A stretch of 32,000 bases of DNA from Microbulbifer thermotolerans (lineage in GTDB: Bacteria; Pseudomonadota; Gammaproteobacteria; Pseudomonadales; Cellvibrionaceae). A program made the position numbers and the translations under genes. Position 1 is the stretch's first letter. Each line of letters begins with the position of its first letter. Positions 20,932-29,537 of the stretch are shown here, piece after piece. The notes below the pieces were generated by a model. It did no database searches. It worked only from the letters and a program-made list of their open reading frames with translations, and had not been told where the DNA came from. The stretch covers positions 497,228 through 529,227 of the forward strand of contig NZ_FOKT01000002.1 in the NCBI RefSeq assembly GCF_900112305.1, in the 5' to 3' direction.

Positions 20932-23900
20932 ACCTTGTCCTCCCCGGTTGTCAGTGTGGCTTCATCCTCCAGCACCACCAGCGCCTGACCGGCGCTGACC
21001 CGCCCGCCTTGGTTGGAGAGCAGCTGGCTGACGACGCCGCTACAGGGGGCGCAGATGGGGATTTCCATTTTCATGGACTCAAGAATCATCAGCAGCTGTC
21101 CGGCTTCCACCGTGTCACCGGCCCGGACTTCCGTCTGCCAGACGCTGCCGGACACAGGGCTGTCCACCAGAGTGGCGTCCTCTGGCCAGCTCTGCTCAAT
21201 GGATTCGGCTTCTGCCTCCTCCACTTCAAAGTTGAACTGGCCGTTGGCATGCCAACGTTCCAGCTCTTCCTGAAAGGCCTCGTTGCGCTGTTCAAGGAAT
21301 GTCTGGATGTCACCGGCGTTGTCCGCAACAAACTGCTCGTATTCCGCCAGGGAGAAATGGCTGTCCTCGATCTTCAACGGGTAGCGACCTTGCGGGAAGT
21401 CGCGCCGAATCTGCTGCAGCTCCTCATGGCTGACTTCGTAAAAACGTATCTGATCGAAAAAACGCAGCAGCCAGGGTTTTTCAAAAGCATCGGTGCGCCG
21501 GTAGCGATTCCACATCTGCAGGGTGCGGCCGACAAACTGGTAGCCACCGGGCCCTTCCATGCCGTACACGCAGAGATAGGAGCCGCCAATCCCCACGGAG
21601 TTCTCCGCGGTCCAGGTGCGCGCCGGGTTGTATTTGGTAGTCACCAGGCGGTGGCGCGGGTCTACCGGTGTGGCCACCGGTGCCCCCAGGTAGACATCCC
21701 CCAGCCCCATCACCATATAGGAAGCGTTGAATACGATCTGTTTGACCTGGTCAATGCTGTCCAGGCCGTTGATGCGACGGATAAACTCCAAATTACTTGG
21801 ACACCAGGGAGCATTCCTGCGCACGCTCTGTTCGTATTTCTCAATAGCCAGCCGGCAGGCCGCGTCATCCCAGGAAAGTGGCAGGTGGACAATACGCGAC
21901 GGCACACTCAGTTGCGCCAGCTGCTGTGACAGCTCGCGCTCGCCTTTCTCTATATGGGCCAGCAGATGTTTATGGCTGAGCTCCTGAGTGTCGAAGTGGA
22001 TCTGCAGGGAACGGATACCCGGGGTCAGCTCGCGCAACCCGGGCAAGGGATGCTGCTGCAGCCACTGCATCAGCGCATGGGCGCGAAAGCGCAGGCGGAT
22101 ATCCAGCGCCTGGGGGCCGTACTCCACCAACAGGAAATGGTCCCCGGCAGCGCGGCAGACGATCTCGTCGCCAAAAGTCTCAGCGTCAAATCGGGCCAGT
22201 ATTGGGGTGTCCGGCTCCACCGGCTGCCAGCTGCACGTCTGTGCCTGCAGTGTTTCGATCGCCCGGTTCTGAGCCGCTTCCAGGGCCACGGCCTGTTCCA
22301 GGCTGACCGGCACAAAGCGCACCTTGTCCCCGGCCCGCAACTGGCCCAGTTTCCACAGGTCCGCCGTGATCACCGTGGCCGGACAGACAAAGCCGCCCAG
22401 GGAAGGACCGTCCGGCCCCAGAATCACCGGCATGTCGCCAGTAAAATCCACGGTGCCGAAGGCGTAGGCGTTGTCGTGGATATTGGAGGGATGCAAACCG
22501 GCTTCTCCCCCATCGCGGCGCGCCCATTGCGGCTTGGGGCCGATCAGACGCACACCGGTGCGGCTGGAGTTGTAGTGGATCTCCCAATCCGTATCGAAGA
22601 AGGTGCGCATATCCTCATCGGTAAAGAAGTCCGGAGCCCCGTGGGGGCCGTAGATCACGCGCAGCTCCCAGTGATGGTCCAGAACAGGCCGCAGCGCCTC
22701 CGCGACCCCCCGCACGGGAACAGAGCCGGGGTCAGCGGCCGCATCGAGATGCAGTACATCACCGGTACGCAGAGCGCGGCCATTGTGGCCGCCGAACTGA
22801 CCGAGGGTGAAGGTGGAGCGGGAGTTCAGGTAACCGGGACACTGAATACCGCCACACACAGCCAGGTAGGCCCGCGCCCCCGCCCGGACTCGCCCCAGCT
22901 GCAGAGTCTGTCCCGCCGCCACCGGAACTACCTGCCAGCCCGGTATTGCCTGTCCGTCCAGGGTGGCATCGATGGTGGCGCCCGTGAGGGCAATCCGGGT
23001 ATCACAGGCAAAGGTCAGCGTGGGTCCCTGCAGGGTGATCTCCAGTCCCGCTGCACTGTCCGGGTTACCCAGCAATCGGTTGGCCAGGCGGAAGGAGCGG
23101 CTGTCGAAAGGACCGGAGGGTGGCACGCCCACATCCCAGTGCCCCTGCCGCCCCGGAAAATCCTGGATGGTGGTCTGAGTGCCCCCCTGAAGCACATCGA
23201 TCCGGGCCGGCTGATAGCGGAAGCTGTTCAGGTAGCGAGTGGTGACCTGGCCCCGGGCCAGGGTATCGTCACGGCTGAGCGCACGCAGGTAGTCCAGGTT
23301 GGTTTCGCTGCCGTACAGTTCGGTGGCATCCAGTGTCTGTTGCAGTTTTTCCAATGCTGCGGGGCGATCGCCGGCGCGGACAATGACCTTGGCCAGCATG
23401 GGGTCAAAGAAAGGAGGAACCTCGATGCCGGATTCGATCCAGTGGTCAATCCGCACACCTTCCCCCTCGGGAAAGGACACATGGCTCAGCAGGCCGGCAC
23501 AGGGCTGGAAATCGCGCCAGGGATCTTCCGCATAGAGGCGCACCTGGATAGCGTGCCCCGTCGGTTTCAGCTGTGCCCGCTGCGCCTCCAGATCCGGTGC
23601 TTCGCCAGCGGCGATACGCAGCATCCATTCCACCAAATCAACGCCGTACACCTCCTCGGTCACCCCGTGCTCCACCTGCAGCCGGGTGTTGACCTCAAGA
23701 AAGTAGAAATCCCCGCTGTCAGCGTCGTAGATGAACTCCACCGTGCCCGCGTTGCGATACTCAACACTGGCCAGCAGCTTCTCTGCGGTACTGTGCAGGC
23801 GGGTGCGCACCGCTTCACTCAGATTGGGCGCTGGGCACTCCTCCACCACCTTTTGGTTGCGGCGCTGGCTGGAGCAGTCCCGCTCACCGATGGCCAGGGC

Positions 23901-24557
23901 TCTGCCGGAGCCGTCGCCCACCACCTGGACTTCGATATGGCGGGCACGGGCAATGAACTTCTCCAAAAAAACACCGTCATCGGCAAAGTTGTTGGCGCCC
24001 AGGCGTTTGACAGAATCAAAGGCCGCATCCAGCTCTGCGACGTCATGGCATAACTGCATACCGATGCCGCCACCACCGGCGGTGCTCTTGAGCATAACCG
24101 GATAACCGATGCGTTGTGTTTCGGCGCGGGCCGCGGCCAGATCGGTCAACAGCTCCGAGCCCGGCAGCAGGGGCACACCGGCGGCCTCCGCCAGGGCACG
24201 GGCCCGGTGCTTCAGACCGAACGCCTGCATCTGCTCAGCGGTGGGGCCGATAAAGGTGATGCCCGCCGCCTCACAGCGTTCCACAAAGGCGGCATTTTCA
24301 CTGAGGAATCCGTAACCGGGGTGTATGGCCTGAGCGCCGCTGTCGGCGGCGATCTCCAGCAGGCGCTCGACATTCAGATAGGTATCAGCCGCAGCGCCTT
24401 CCCCCAGACTGTAGGCTTCATCGGCGTGACGCACATGCAGACTGTCGGCATCGCACTCGGCATAAACTGCCACCGAGGCGATACCCATACGCTGCAGCGT
24501 GCGAATCACGCGGGTTGCAATAGCGCCGCGGTTGGCAATCAGAACCTTGGTAAACAT
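20928..24557 (-). CDS. uca: biotin-dependent 'urea carboxylase' family enzyme, in this context likely guanidine carboxylase
   Basis: MFTKVLIANRGAIATRVIRTLQRM..., biotin carboxylase ATP-grasp motifs, KipI/KipA-type central domains, biotinyl motif ILESMKMEI; adjacent UAAP1/2 and guanidine-I riboswitch. Confidence 0.93.
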   Translation of the reverse strand: MFTKVLIANRGAIATRVIRTLQRMGIASVAVYAECDADSLHVRHADEAYSLGEGAAADTYLNVERLLEIAADSGAQAIHPGYGFLSENAAFVERCEAAGITFIGPTAEQMQAFGLKHRARALAEAAGVPLLPGSELLTDLAAARAETQRIGYPVMLKSTAGGGGIGMQLCHDVAELDAAFDSVKRLGANNFADDGVFLEKFIARARHIEVQVVGDGSGRALAIGERDCSSQRRNQKVVEECPAPNLSEAVRTRLHSTAEKLLASVEYRNAGTVEFIYDADSGDFYFLEVNTRLQVEHGVTEEVYGVDLVEWMLRIAAGEAPDLEAQRAQLKPTGHAIQVRLYAEDPWRDFQPCAGLLSHVSFPEGEGVRIDHWIESGIEVPPFFDPMLAKVIVRAGDRPAALEKLQQTLDATELYGSETNLDYLRALSRDDTLARGQVTTRYLNSFRYQPARIDVLQGGTQTTIQDFPGRQGHWDVGVPPSGPFDSRSFRLANRLLGNPDSAAGLEITLQGPTLTFACDTRIALTGATIDATLDGQAIPGWQVVPVAAGQTLQLGRVRAGARAYLAVCGGIQCPGYLNSRSTFTLGQFGGHNGRALRTGDVLHLDAAADPGSVPVRGVAEALRPVLDHHWELRVIYGPHGAPDFFTDEDMRTFFDTDWEIHYNSSRTGVRLIGPKPQWARRDGGEAGLHPSNIHDNAYAFGTVDFTGDMPVILGPDGPSLGGFVCPATVITADLWKLGQLRAGDKVRFVPVSLEQAVALEAAQNRAIETLQAQTCSWQPVEPDTPILARFDAETFGDEIVCRAAGDHFLLVEYGPQALDIRLRFRAHALMQWLQQHPLPGLRELTPGIRSLQIHFDTQELSHKHLLAHIEKGERELSQQLAQLSVPSRIVHLPLSWDDAACRLAIEKYEQSVRRNAPWCPSNLEFIRRINGLDSIDQVKQIVFNASYMVMGLGDVYLGAPVATPVDPRHRLVTTKYNPARTWTAENSVGIGGSYLCVYGMEGPGGYQFVGRTLQMWNRYRRTDAFEKPWLLRFFDQIRFYEVSHEELQQIRRDFPQGRYPLKIEDSHFSLAEYEQFVADNAGDIQTFLEQRNEAFQEELERWHANGQFNFEVEEAEAESIEQSWPEDATLVDSPVSGSVWQTEVRAGDTVEAGQLLMILESMKMEIPICAPCSGVVSQLLSNQGGRVSAGQALVVLEDEATLTTGEDKV

Positions 24558-24685
24558 GGTGGTATCCCGCACGGGCCGTCCCGTGAACTTCTATACGACA
24601 GCGGTCGTCCGCTGAAGGTGTGTATCCGGTGTGGTGTCTGAAGACCGTTGCTGACAGGGAGCAAACGGGGATGGTTGGCAGTGCC

Positions 24686-25330
24686 TTATTCGTTATCCCA
24701 CACCAGCAGTTCAATCGGCGTGGGGTTGTAGCCGTTGCAGGGGTTGTTTAGCTGTGGACAGTTGGAGATCAGTACCACCACATCCATCAGAGCCGTCAGC
24801 TCCACATATTTGCCGGGGGCCGAGATGCCGTCCTCGAAGGTGAGTCCGCCCTCTTCGGTGACCGGAACATTCATGAAGAAATTGATGTTGTGGCCGATGT
24901 CGCGCTTGCTGATGCCATATTCCGGGTGCTCGGCGATGGCCAGCATCCAACTGTCCCTGCACGCGTGCATGCAACGCTTTTCCAGGGCGTAACGCACTGT
25001 GTTGCTTTCGGTGGCGCAGGCGCCGCCCAGGGTATCGTGGCGGCCACAAGTATCAGCCACGATTTCCAGCATCGGGCGGTTTTCGCTGGAGCGCAGTACG
25101 CTGCCGGTGGTCAGGTAGAGGTTGCCCTGCTCGCGGATGGTATCCATGGCACTGTAGCGTTCGGCAGGGTCGGCCGCACTGTAAAAGAGCGTATCCGCCG
25201 CTTGGTTGCCCTCCAGATCCAGGATGCGCAATGTCTGTCCCTCACGGACAATACCGATAAAGTAATCCCCAGCATCCACCTTGGTACGGGAAACCGCCTG
25301 CTCTGCCTGACGTGTACTTTCAGTCAACAT
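24686..25330 (-). CDS. DUF1989, urea amidolyase-associated protein UAAP2 / carboxyguanidine deiminase subunit
   Basis: 214 aa; [35 protein letters not shown]...[26 protein letters not shown]-like motifs; position in operon. Confidence 0.92.
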   Translation of the reverse strand: MLTESTRQAEQAVSRTKVDAGDYFIGIVREGQTLRILDLEGNQAADTLFYSAADPAERYSAMDTIREQGNLYLTTGSVLRSSENRPMLEIVADTCGRHDTLGGACATESNTVRYALEKRCMHACRDSWMLAIAEHPEYGISKRDIGHNINFFMNVPVTEEGGLTFEDGISAPGKYVELTALMDVVVLISNCPQLNNPCNGYNPTPIELLVWDNE

Positions 25331-25340
25331 ATTCGCCTCC

Positions 25341-26057
25341 TTATTTGCCCAGGTGATACAAGGCGTTGTTCTGGAAACCGCGCCGGTTTTCCGGGCGGAA
25401 ATTCAGGCAGTAATCGTCGTCGGACACGGGATCTGCTTCACCCAGATCGATACGGACCGGCCTTTGGGGATAGGTGGGCTCCTGGCACAGAGGGTGCGGG
25501 CAGTTGTGCAGCACCACCAGGGTGTCCATCTCGAAACGCAGGGTCAGATGGCTGCCCGGCTGGCTGTGTCCCTCCACCAGTTGCATACGACCTTCAGCGT
25601 CGGCGGCCACCTTGCTGAACCAGTTGATATTGGCCGCCAGGTCCGCACATCCGAGACCGTACTTAGCCAGCTCGACAAGAAAGGCGTCGTGACCATTCTG
25701 GTGCCAGTTATTGCGGTCGTGCTGATAATCACGCACACCCCAGCGCCCGGTGACCTGATCGGCGCGGATATTGCCGCAGACGGTTTCGTGCCAACCCAGG
25801 CTGTCCTCAACAATGGAGGCAAAAATACGTCCCATATCGGAGTAGAGACAGTTGCCCCGGGTGAGCTTAAAGGTATGTTGGCACTTGAGCGTATCTGGTG
25901 CGTTGTAGCGCTCCAGCAGGTTCTCCGGATTGTAGAACAGCATGCCCACATTGGCGCCGCCCTCGAGATCGGTCAGGCGCATCAGGGTGCCTTTGCGCAT
26001 GCGCAGCGACCAGTGGCCACCCGCCGGAATTTCGGTGGTGTATTCAATGCTTTTCAT
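25341..26057 (-). CDS. DUF1989, urea amidolyase-associated protein UAAP1 / carboxyguanidine deiminase subunit
   Basis: 238 aa; [58 protein letters not shown]. Confidence 0.92.
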   Translation of the reverse strand: MKSIEYTTEIPAGGHWSLRMRKGTLMRLTDLEGGANVGMLFYNPENLLERYNAPDTLKCQHTFKLTRGNCLYSDMGRIFASIVEDSLGWHETVCGNIRADQVTGRWGVRDYQHDRNNWHQNGHDAFLVELAKYGLGCADLAANINWFSKVAADAEGRMQLVEGHSQPGSHLTLRFEMDTLVVLHNCPHPLCQEPTYPQRPVRIDLGEADPVSDDDYCLNFRPENRRGFQNNALYHLGK

Positions 26058-26839
26058 AATGCCTTTTCTGTTTCTCTTGCAGTGAGCGTGAGATCGCGAT
26101 CAATTTTCTTAAGCTTTCTGCCGTCCATCTGACCCACCGGCAGGTCGTAAGTAATCGTGGCGCCATAGGCATCAGGCGCCTGGGGGTCGAGACGGGTCTT
26201 GTCAAACACCCACAACCGGGTACCTAAATAAAACCCCTCGGTGAGGTCATGGGTAACCATAAACACAGTGAGCTCGTATTCGCGCCAAAGACGCAACACG
26301 AGATCATGCATATCGGCCCGAATACCGGGGTCCAGTGCGCCGAAAGGTTCATCCAGGAGCAGAATACGCGGCTGTCCCAACAATGCCTGAGCAATGGCGA
26401 GACGTTGTCGCATTCCCCCTGAAAGCTCCCCCGGATAAAGCGATTCCGCATTTCCCAAACCGACTTCCGCCAGTATTGCCCGCGCTTCATCCCGCGCCTG
26501 CTGGCGGGCCGCCCCAAACAACAAACCGGTCACGCCGGGGCGCCCGAAACCGCGGGCCGCCATGACGTTTTCCAGCACTGACATGTGAGGAAAAACCGAG
26601 TACTGCTGAAAAACAATGCCTCGATCCGGACCCGGCTCGTCGGGGATCGGTTTTCCGTCTAGCAGAAGTTCACCACTACTGGCGGTCTCTGTCCCCAATA
26701 GCATTTTAAGAAAGGTGCTCTTACCACAGCCGGACGCCCCGACCAGCGTAATAAATTCACCTTCTTCAACCCGCAGATTGAGTCTTTCCAAAACAACCTT
26801 GTCACCGTATTTCTTCCACAGATTGCGCGCCTCTATCAT
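26054..26839 (-). CDS. ABC transporter ATP-binding protein (TauB/SsuB-like, guanidine/urea-carboxylase-region transporter)
   Basis: 261 aa; Walker A GASGCGKST, signature LSGGMRQRLAIAQAL, Walker B ILLLDEPFGALD. Confidence 0.93.
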   Translation of the reverse strand: MIEARNLWKKYGDKVVLERLNLRVEEGEFITLVGASGCGKSTFLKMLLGTETASSGELLLDGKPIPDEPGPDRGIVFQQYSVFPHMSVLENVMAARGFGRPGVTGLLFGAARQQARDEARAILAEVGLGNAESLYPGELSGGMRQRLAIAQALLGQPRILLLDEPFGALDPGIRADMHDLVLRLWREYELTVFMVTHDLTEGFYLGTRLWVFDKTRLDPQAPDAYGATITYDLPVGQMDGRKLKKIDRDLTLTARETEKAL

Positions 26840-27657
26840 TACTGCACTCCTTTACTCTGCCAGGGGAAGAGACGGCGACTGACCCAGGCCAGAACCGAAT
26901 CGATCAAAAAGGCCAACACAGTGATCCAGGCCACATAAGGCAATATCACGTCCATGGCCATATAGCGACGGACCAGAAAAATCCGGTAGCCGAGGCCATC
27001 AGTGGAGGCAATGGCTTCCGCCGCAATCAAGAACAACCAGCCGGCGCCCAGCGACAGGCGCACGGCGTCAATCAGTCTCGGCATTAACTGCGGAAGTAAT
27101 ACGCGGAAGATAATTTGGCTGGTATTGGCACCGAGGGTTTGTGCCTTTACCAGCTGTTCACGGGGAATTTCCAGTGTTCTGCGCTGGATATCACGCGCGA
27201 TAAAGGGTGTGATCCCAATGGCGATCAACGCCACTTTGGATACTTCCCCCAAACCGAAGACAATAAACAGCACCGGCAAAAGAGCCAGCGGGGGAATCAG
27301 CGATACCACAGTGAGCAGTGGACTGGCCACCGCAGAAACGCTGGGCAATGCACCGGTCAGTAAACCCAGCACTAAACCGACAAACGCTGCGATCAATACA
27401 CCCAGCCCCAGACGGGTCAGGCTACTGGTGGTATCCCCCCAAAATAAATATTCCCCCGTGCGCTTGCTCGGTTCAAACGCCATACGCTGGATAGCGTCGC
27501 CAATCTGACTGAAGCCCGGCAACAGTTTGTCACTGGGGTTTTCGGCCAGGCGTGCATCCGACGCAACAATGTAAAGAATCACCAGCAATACAAAAGGCAG
27601 CAAACCGAACATCATGCGCGTTGCCGGTGCCGGCGTCAGGTTAATAAATCGTTTCAT
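26839..27657 (-). CDS. ABC transporter permease
   Basis: 272 aa multi-TM protein; RVLLPQLMPRLIDAVRLSLGAGWLFLIAAEAIAS EAA-type loop. Confidence 0.92.
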   Translation of the reverse strand: MKRFINLTPAPATRMMFGLLPFVLLVILYIVASDARLAENPSDKLLPGFSQIGDAIQRMAFEPSKRTGEYLFWGDTTSSLTRLGLGVLIAAFVGLVLGLLTGALPSVSAVASPLLTVVSLIPPLALLPVLFIVFGLGEVSKVALIAIGITPFIARDIQRRTLEIPREQLVKAQTLGANTSQIIFRVLLPQLMPRLIDAVRLSLGAGWLFLIAAEAIASTDGLGYRIFLVRRYMAMDVILPYVAWITVLAFLIDSVLAWVSRRLFPWQSKGVQ

Positions 27658-27664
27658 CTTCAGT

Positions 27665-27695
27665 CCTTAGGGAAGCACAAACTTCCCTCCTAAGG
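27665..27695 (-). promoter_or_regulatory. intercistronic stem-loop between substrate-binding protein and permease genes
   Basis: Minus strand CCTTAGGAGGGAAG-TTTGTG-CTTCCCTAAGG: near-perfect inverted repeat with a small bulge, no T-tract directly after it. Confidence 0.6.
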
Positions 27696-27735
27696 GCTCG
27701 GGGGTACCGGGCTTAATACGCCCGCACGCAGGGCT

Positions 27736-28776
27736 TCAGAGATCACCATCAACGGCCATCTGCAACCAGGCTGGGTTGAAACGCAGCTTGATATTGTTGC
27801 GATCGCCATAGATACCGGCAGGTGTTTCGATACCGATAAAACCGGCATCTGGTGCGCCTTCCCCAAGCAGACCGTGCTCGAAGGAGAACTCGGCCACTTT
27901 TTGCATCGTGGTGCGCAGGTCTGGACTGTTGGTAAATTTCAAGGCCGCTTCAGGGGTGTAGAACATCGCGGTAGTGGCAAGCTGTGCTTCATAGCCTGCC
28001 AAATCAGTACCTGCGGCCTGAGCCATAAAGGTTTTTGCTGCCTTAGCGGTGGCATCCTTCGCCTGCATAATTTCCGTTAATTCGAACCAGGCTCCGGTCA
28101 AAGCTTTACCGAGCTCGGGGCTTTTCTCCAGAACTTCGGTTTTAACCACCAACATATCGAGGATTTCCCCGGGGATTTGGGACGAATCAAATACTTGGTT
28201 TGCGCCCGGCATGGACAAAATCTCACCCAACGGCGGATTCCAGGTCGCCACCGCCGTAACTTCCGGCGTTCCATAGACCGCGACCATATCAGCATCAGAA
28301 GTGTTGACCACCTGAATATCCCGCTCACTCAAGCCGACCGTTTCCAGAGCGCGGGCGAGGAAGTAGTGGGATACACTGAGCTCGACCAGATTCACTTTCT
28401 GGCCTTTAATATCCGCCAATGACGTTTTGTCTTTGAGCACAATGCCATCATTGCCGTTGGAAAAGTCATTGATAATCAAGACGGTGTTATCGACACCACC
28501 TGCTGCGGGAATGGTCAGCGTGTCCATGTTGGTTATGGAACAGGCATCGAATTCGCCGACCGTGTACTGATTGATCGATTCGATATAGTCATTGAACTGC
28601 ACAACTTCGATATCGATGTCGTACTTATCGGCCCATTTCTGCACAATCCCCTGCTCGACACCATATGCCCATGGCATCCAGCCGGCATAGATGGACCAGC
28701 ACACTTTGAAAGTATCGCGGGCGGAAGCTGTCGACGACAGCGTCAATGCAAGTAGAAGAATGGAAAGTCGCTTCAT
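27736..28776 (-). CDS. ABC transporter periplasmic substrate-binding protein (urea-carboxylase-region type)
   Basis: MKRLSILLLALTLSSTASARDTFKVCWSIYAGWMPWAYGVEQGIVQKWADKYDIDIEVVQFNDYIESINQYTVGEFDACSITNMD; signal peptide; first gene of the operon. Confidence 0.92.
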   Translation of the reverse strand: MKRLSILLLALTLSSTASARDTFKVCWSIYAGWMPWAYGVEQGIVQKWADKYDIDIEVVQFNDYIESINQYTVGEFDACSITNMDTLTIPAAGGVDNTVLIINDFSNGNDGIVLKDKTSLADIKGQKVNLVELSVSHYFLARALETVGLSERDIQVVNTSDADMVAVYGTPEVTAVATWNPPLGEILSMPGANQVFDSSQIPGEILDMLVVKTEVLEKSPELGKALTGAWFELTEIMQAKDATAKAAKTFMAQAAGTDLAGYEAQLATTAMFYTPEAALKFTNSPDLRTTMQKVAEFSFEHGLLGEGAPDAGFIGIETPAGIYGDRNNIKLRFNPAWLQMAVDGDL

Positions 28777-28837
28777 GGCGCACCTCTCAGTTGGCTTCGG
28801 TCGGTTGCTCACGGAGTACTCCCGGCATCACGCCTGT

Positions 28838-28936
28838 AGTCCTCCCGGGCTTTTATCCCGCCGTGTAACCTTTCACTGAAAGGTCGAGTGCTCTCGGACC
28901 AGTCACCGTTATAAAACAGCCGGAACCCTAGCGCTC
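28838..28936 (-). promoter_or_regulatory. guanidine-I riboswitch (ykkC class)
   Basis: Minus strand: GAGCGCTAGGGTTCCGGC...ACTGGTCCGAGAGC...ACACGGCGGGATAAAAGCCCGGGAGGAC, matching the conserved ykkC blocks; 60-160 nt upstream of the first operon gene. Confidence 0.93.
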
Positions 28937-28989
28937 CATTTTGCGAATTGTCTGTCACGTAGTGTCAGGAGTACGGACACAAATAAACA

Positions 28990-29006
28990 ATCAAAATACG
29001 TGCCAA
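28990..29006 (-). promoter_or_regulatory. candidate sigma-54 promoter for the guanidine operon
   Basis: Minus strand TTGGCACG-TATT-TTGAT versus consensus TGGCACG-N4-TTGCW; -24 perfect, -12 GC is GA. Confidence 0.4.
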
Positions 29007-29116
29007 ACATAAAAGTCTGTCTTTGCGCTTCATTTCCATATAAAAGTCCAAACAGAACAATATCCAGCCTTTTTGCGCACCACTTTGAATCAATCTAAAC
29101 CTCTGAACGCCCACTT

Positions 29117-29138
29117 TTGGCGCAACACAATGCGCCGA
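29117..29138. promoter_or_regulatory. inverted repeat, candidate activator/enhancer site in divergent region
   Basis: TTGGCGCA-ACACAA-TGCGCCGA; dyad GGCGCA/TGCGCC. Confidence 0.35.
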
Positions 29139-29172
29139 CATCGCATTACTCCAAAGCACATACATTTTTACC

Positions 29173-29196
29173 CATGGAATAAACCAATATTCCATG
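29173..29196. promoter_or_regulatory. perfect 9-bp inverted repeat, candidate operator
   Basis: CATGGAATA-AACCAA-TATTCCATG in the divergent intergenic region. Confidence 0.4.
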
Positions 29197-29401
29197 CATG
29201 TAGCCAAGACCCAACCTTTGTTGGTGCTTTCTTCGCTTCACCAGCCTCTATCACAATAAAATTGTTCCACAAAGATGCACCAAATCCCTCTGAAAATACT
29301 CTTAAAACCCTCTCTTTCAGAAGAGCTATCCCATCACTTGCGCTTCCTATACCCGCCAGCATATTCCTGCACACCGGGAAACATACTCTCCAGTGGCCGA
29401 G

Positions 29402-29417
29402 TGGCATAATTAGTGCA
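29402..29417 (+). promoter_or_regulatory. candidate sigma-54 promoter for the oxygenase operon
   Basis: TGGCATAATTAGTGCA: GG-N10-GC spacing, close to TGGCACG-N4-TTGCA. Confidence 0.6.
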
Positions 29418-29458
29418 TAAAAATTGAGTTACATAGTTACATAAAGTATTCCCCCCAA

Positions 29459-29506
29459 CCGGGACGACCCGGCCGGCATCCGCCGGAACCGCTCTGGACG
29501 GCCAGA
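29459..29506 (+). promoter_or_regulatory. guanidine-II riboswitch (mini-ykkC)
   Basis: Two hairpins with the diagnostic ACGR tetraloops: CCGGG-ACGA-CCCGG (29459-29472) and T CTGG-ACGG-CCAG A (29493-29506), 32 nt upstream of the start codon; followed by CCTTT...AAAGG that can pair over the Shine-Dalgarno (29509-29527). Confidence 0.88.
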
Positions 29507-29537
29507 AACCTTTTTATTGCACAAAGGAGACTGGAGC

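Noticed and set aside
20757-21929. 390-aa plus-strand ORF antisense to atzF/uca
   Set aside because: Antisense shadow ORF spanning two well-supported genes; no domain signature.
21954-24053. 699-aa plus-strand ORF antisense to the carboxylase
   Set aside because: Lies entirely within the strongly supported uca coding region on the opposite strand; low-complexity GC-biased antisense ORF with no recognisable domain.
19129-24557. Plain urea degradation operon
   Set aside because: The guanidine-I riboswitch and paired DUF1989 proteins point to guanidine as the substrate; urea activity may be secondary.
29073-29420. 115-aa plus-strand ORF in the divergent intergenic region
   Set aside because: Covers the predicted regulatory sites and ends within the sigma-54-like promoter; no recognisable protein features or convincing ribosome-binding site.
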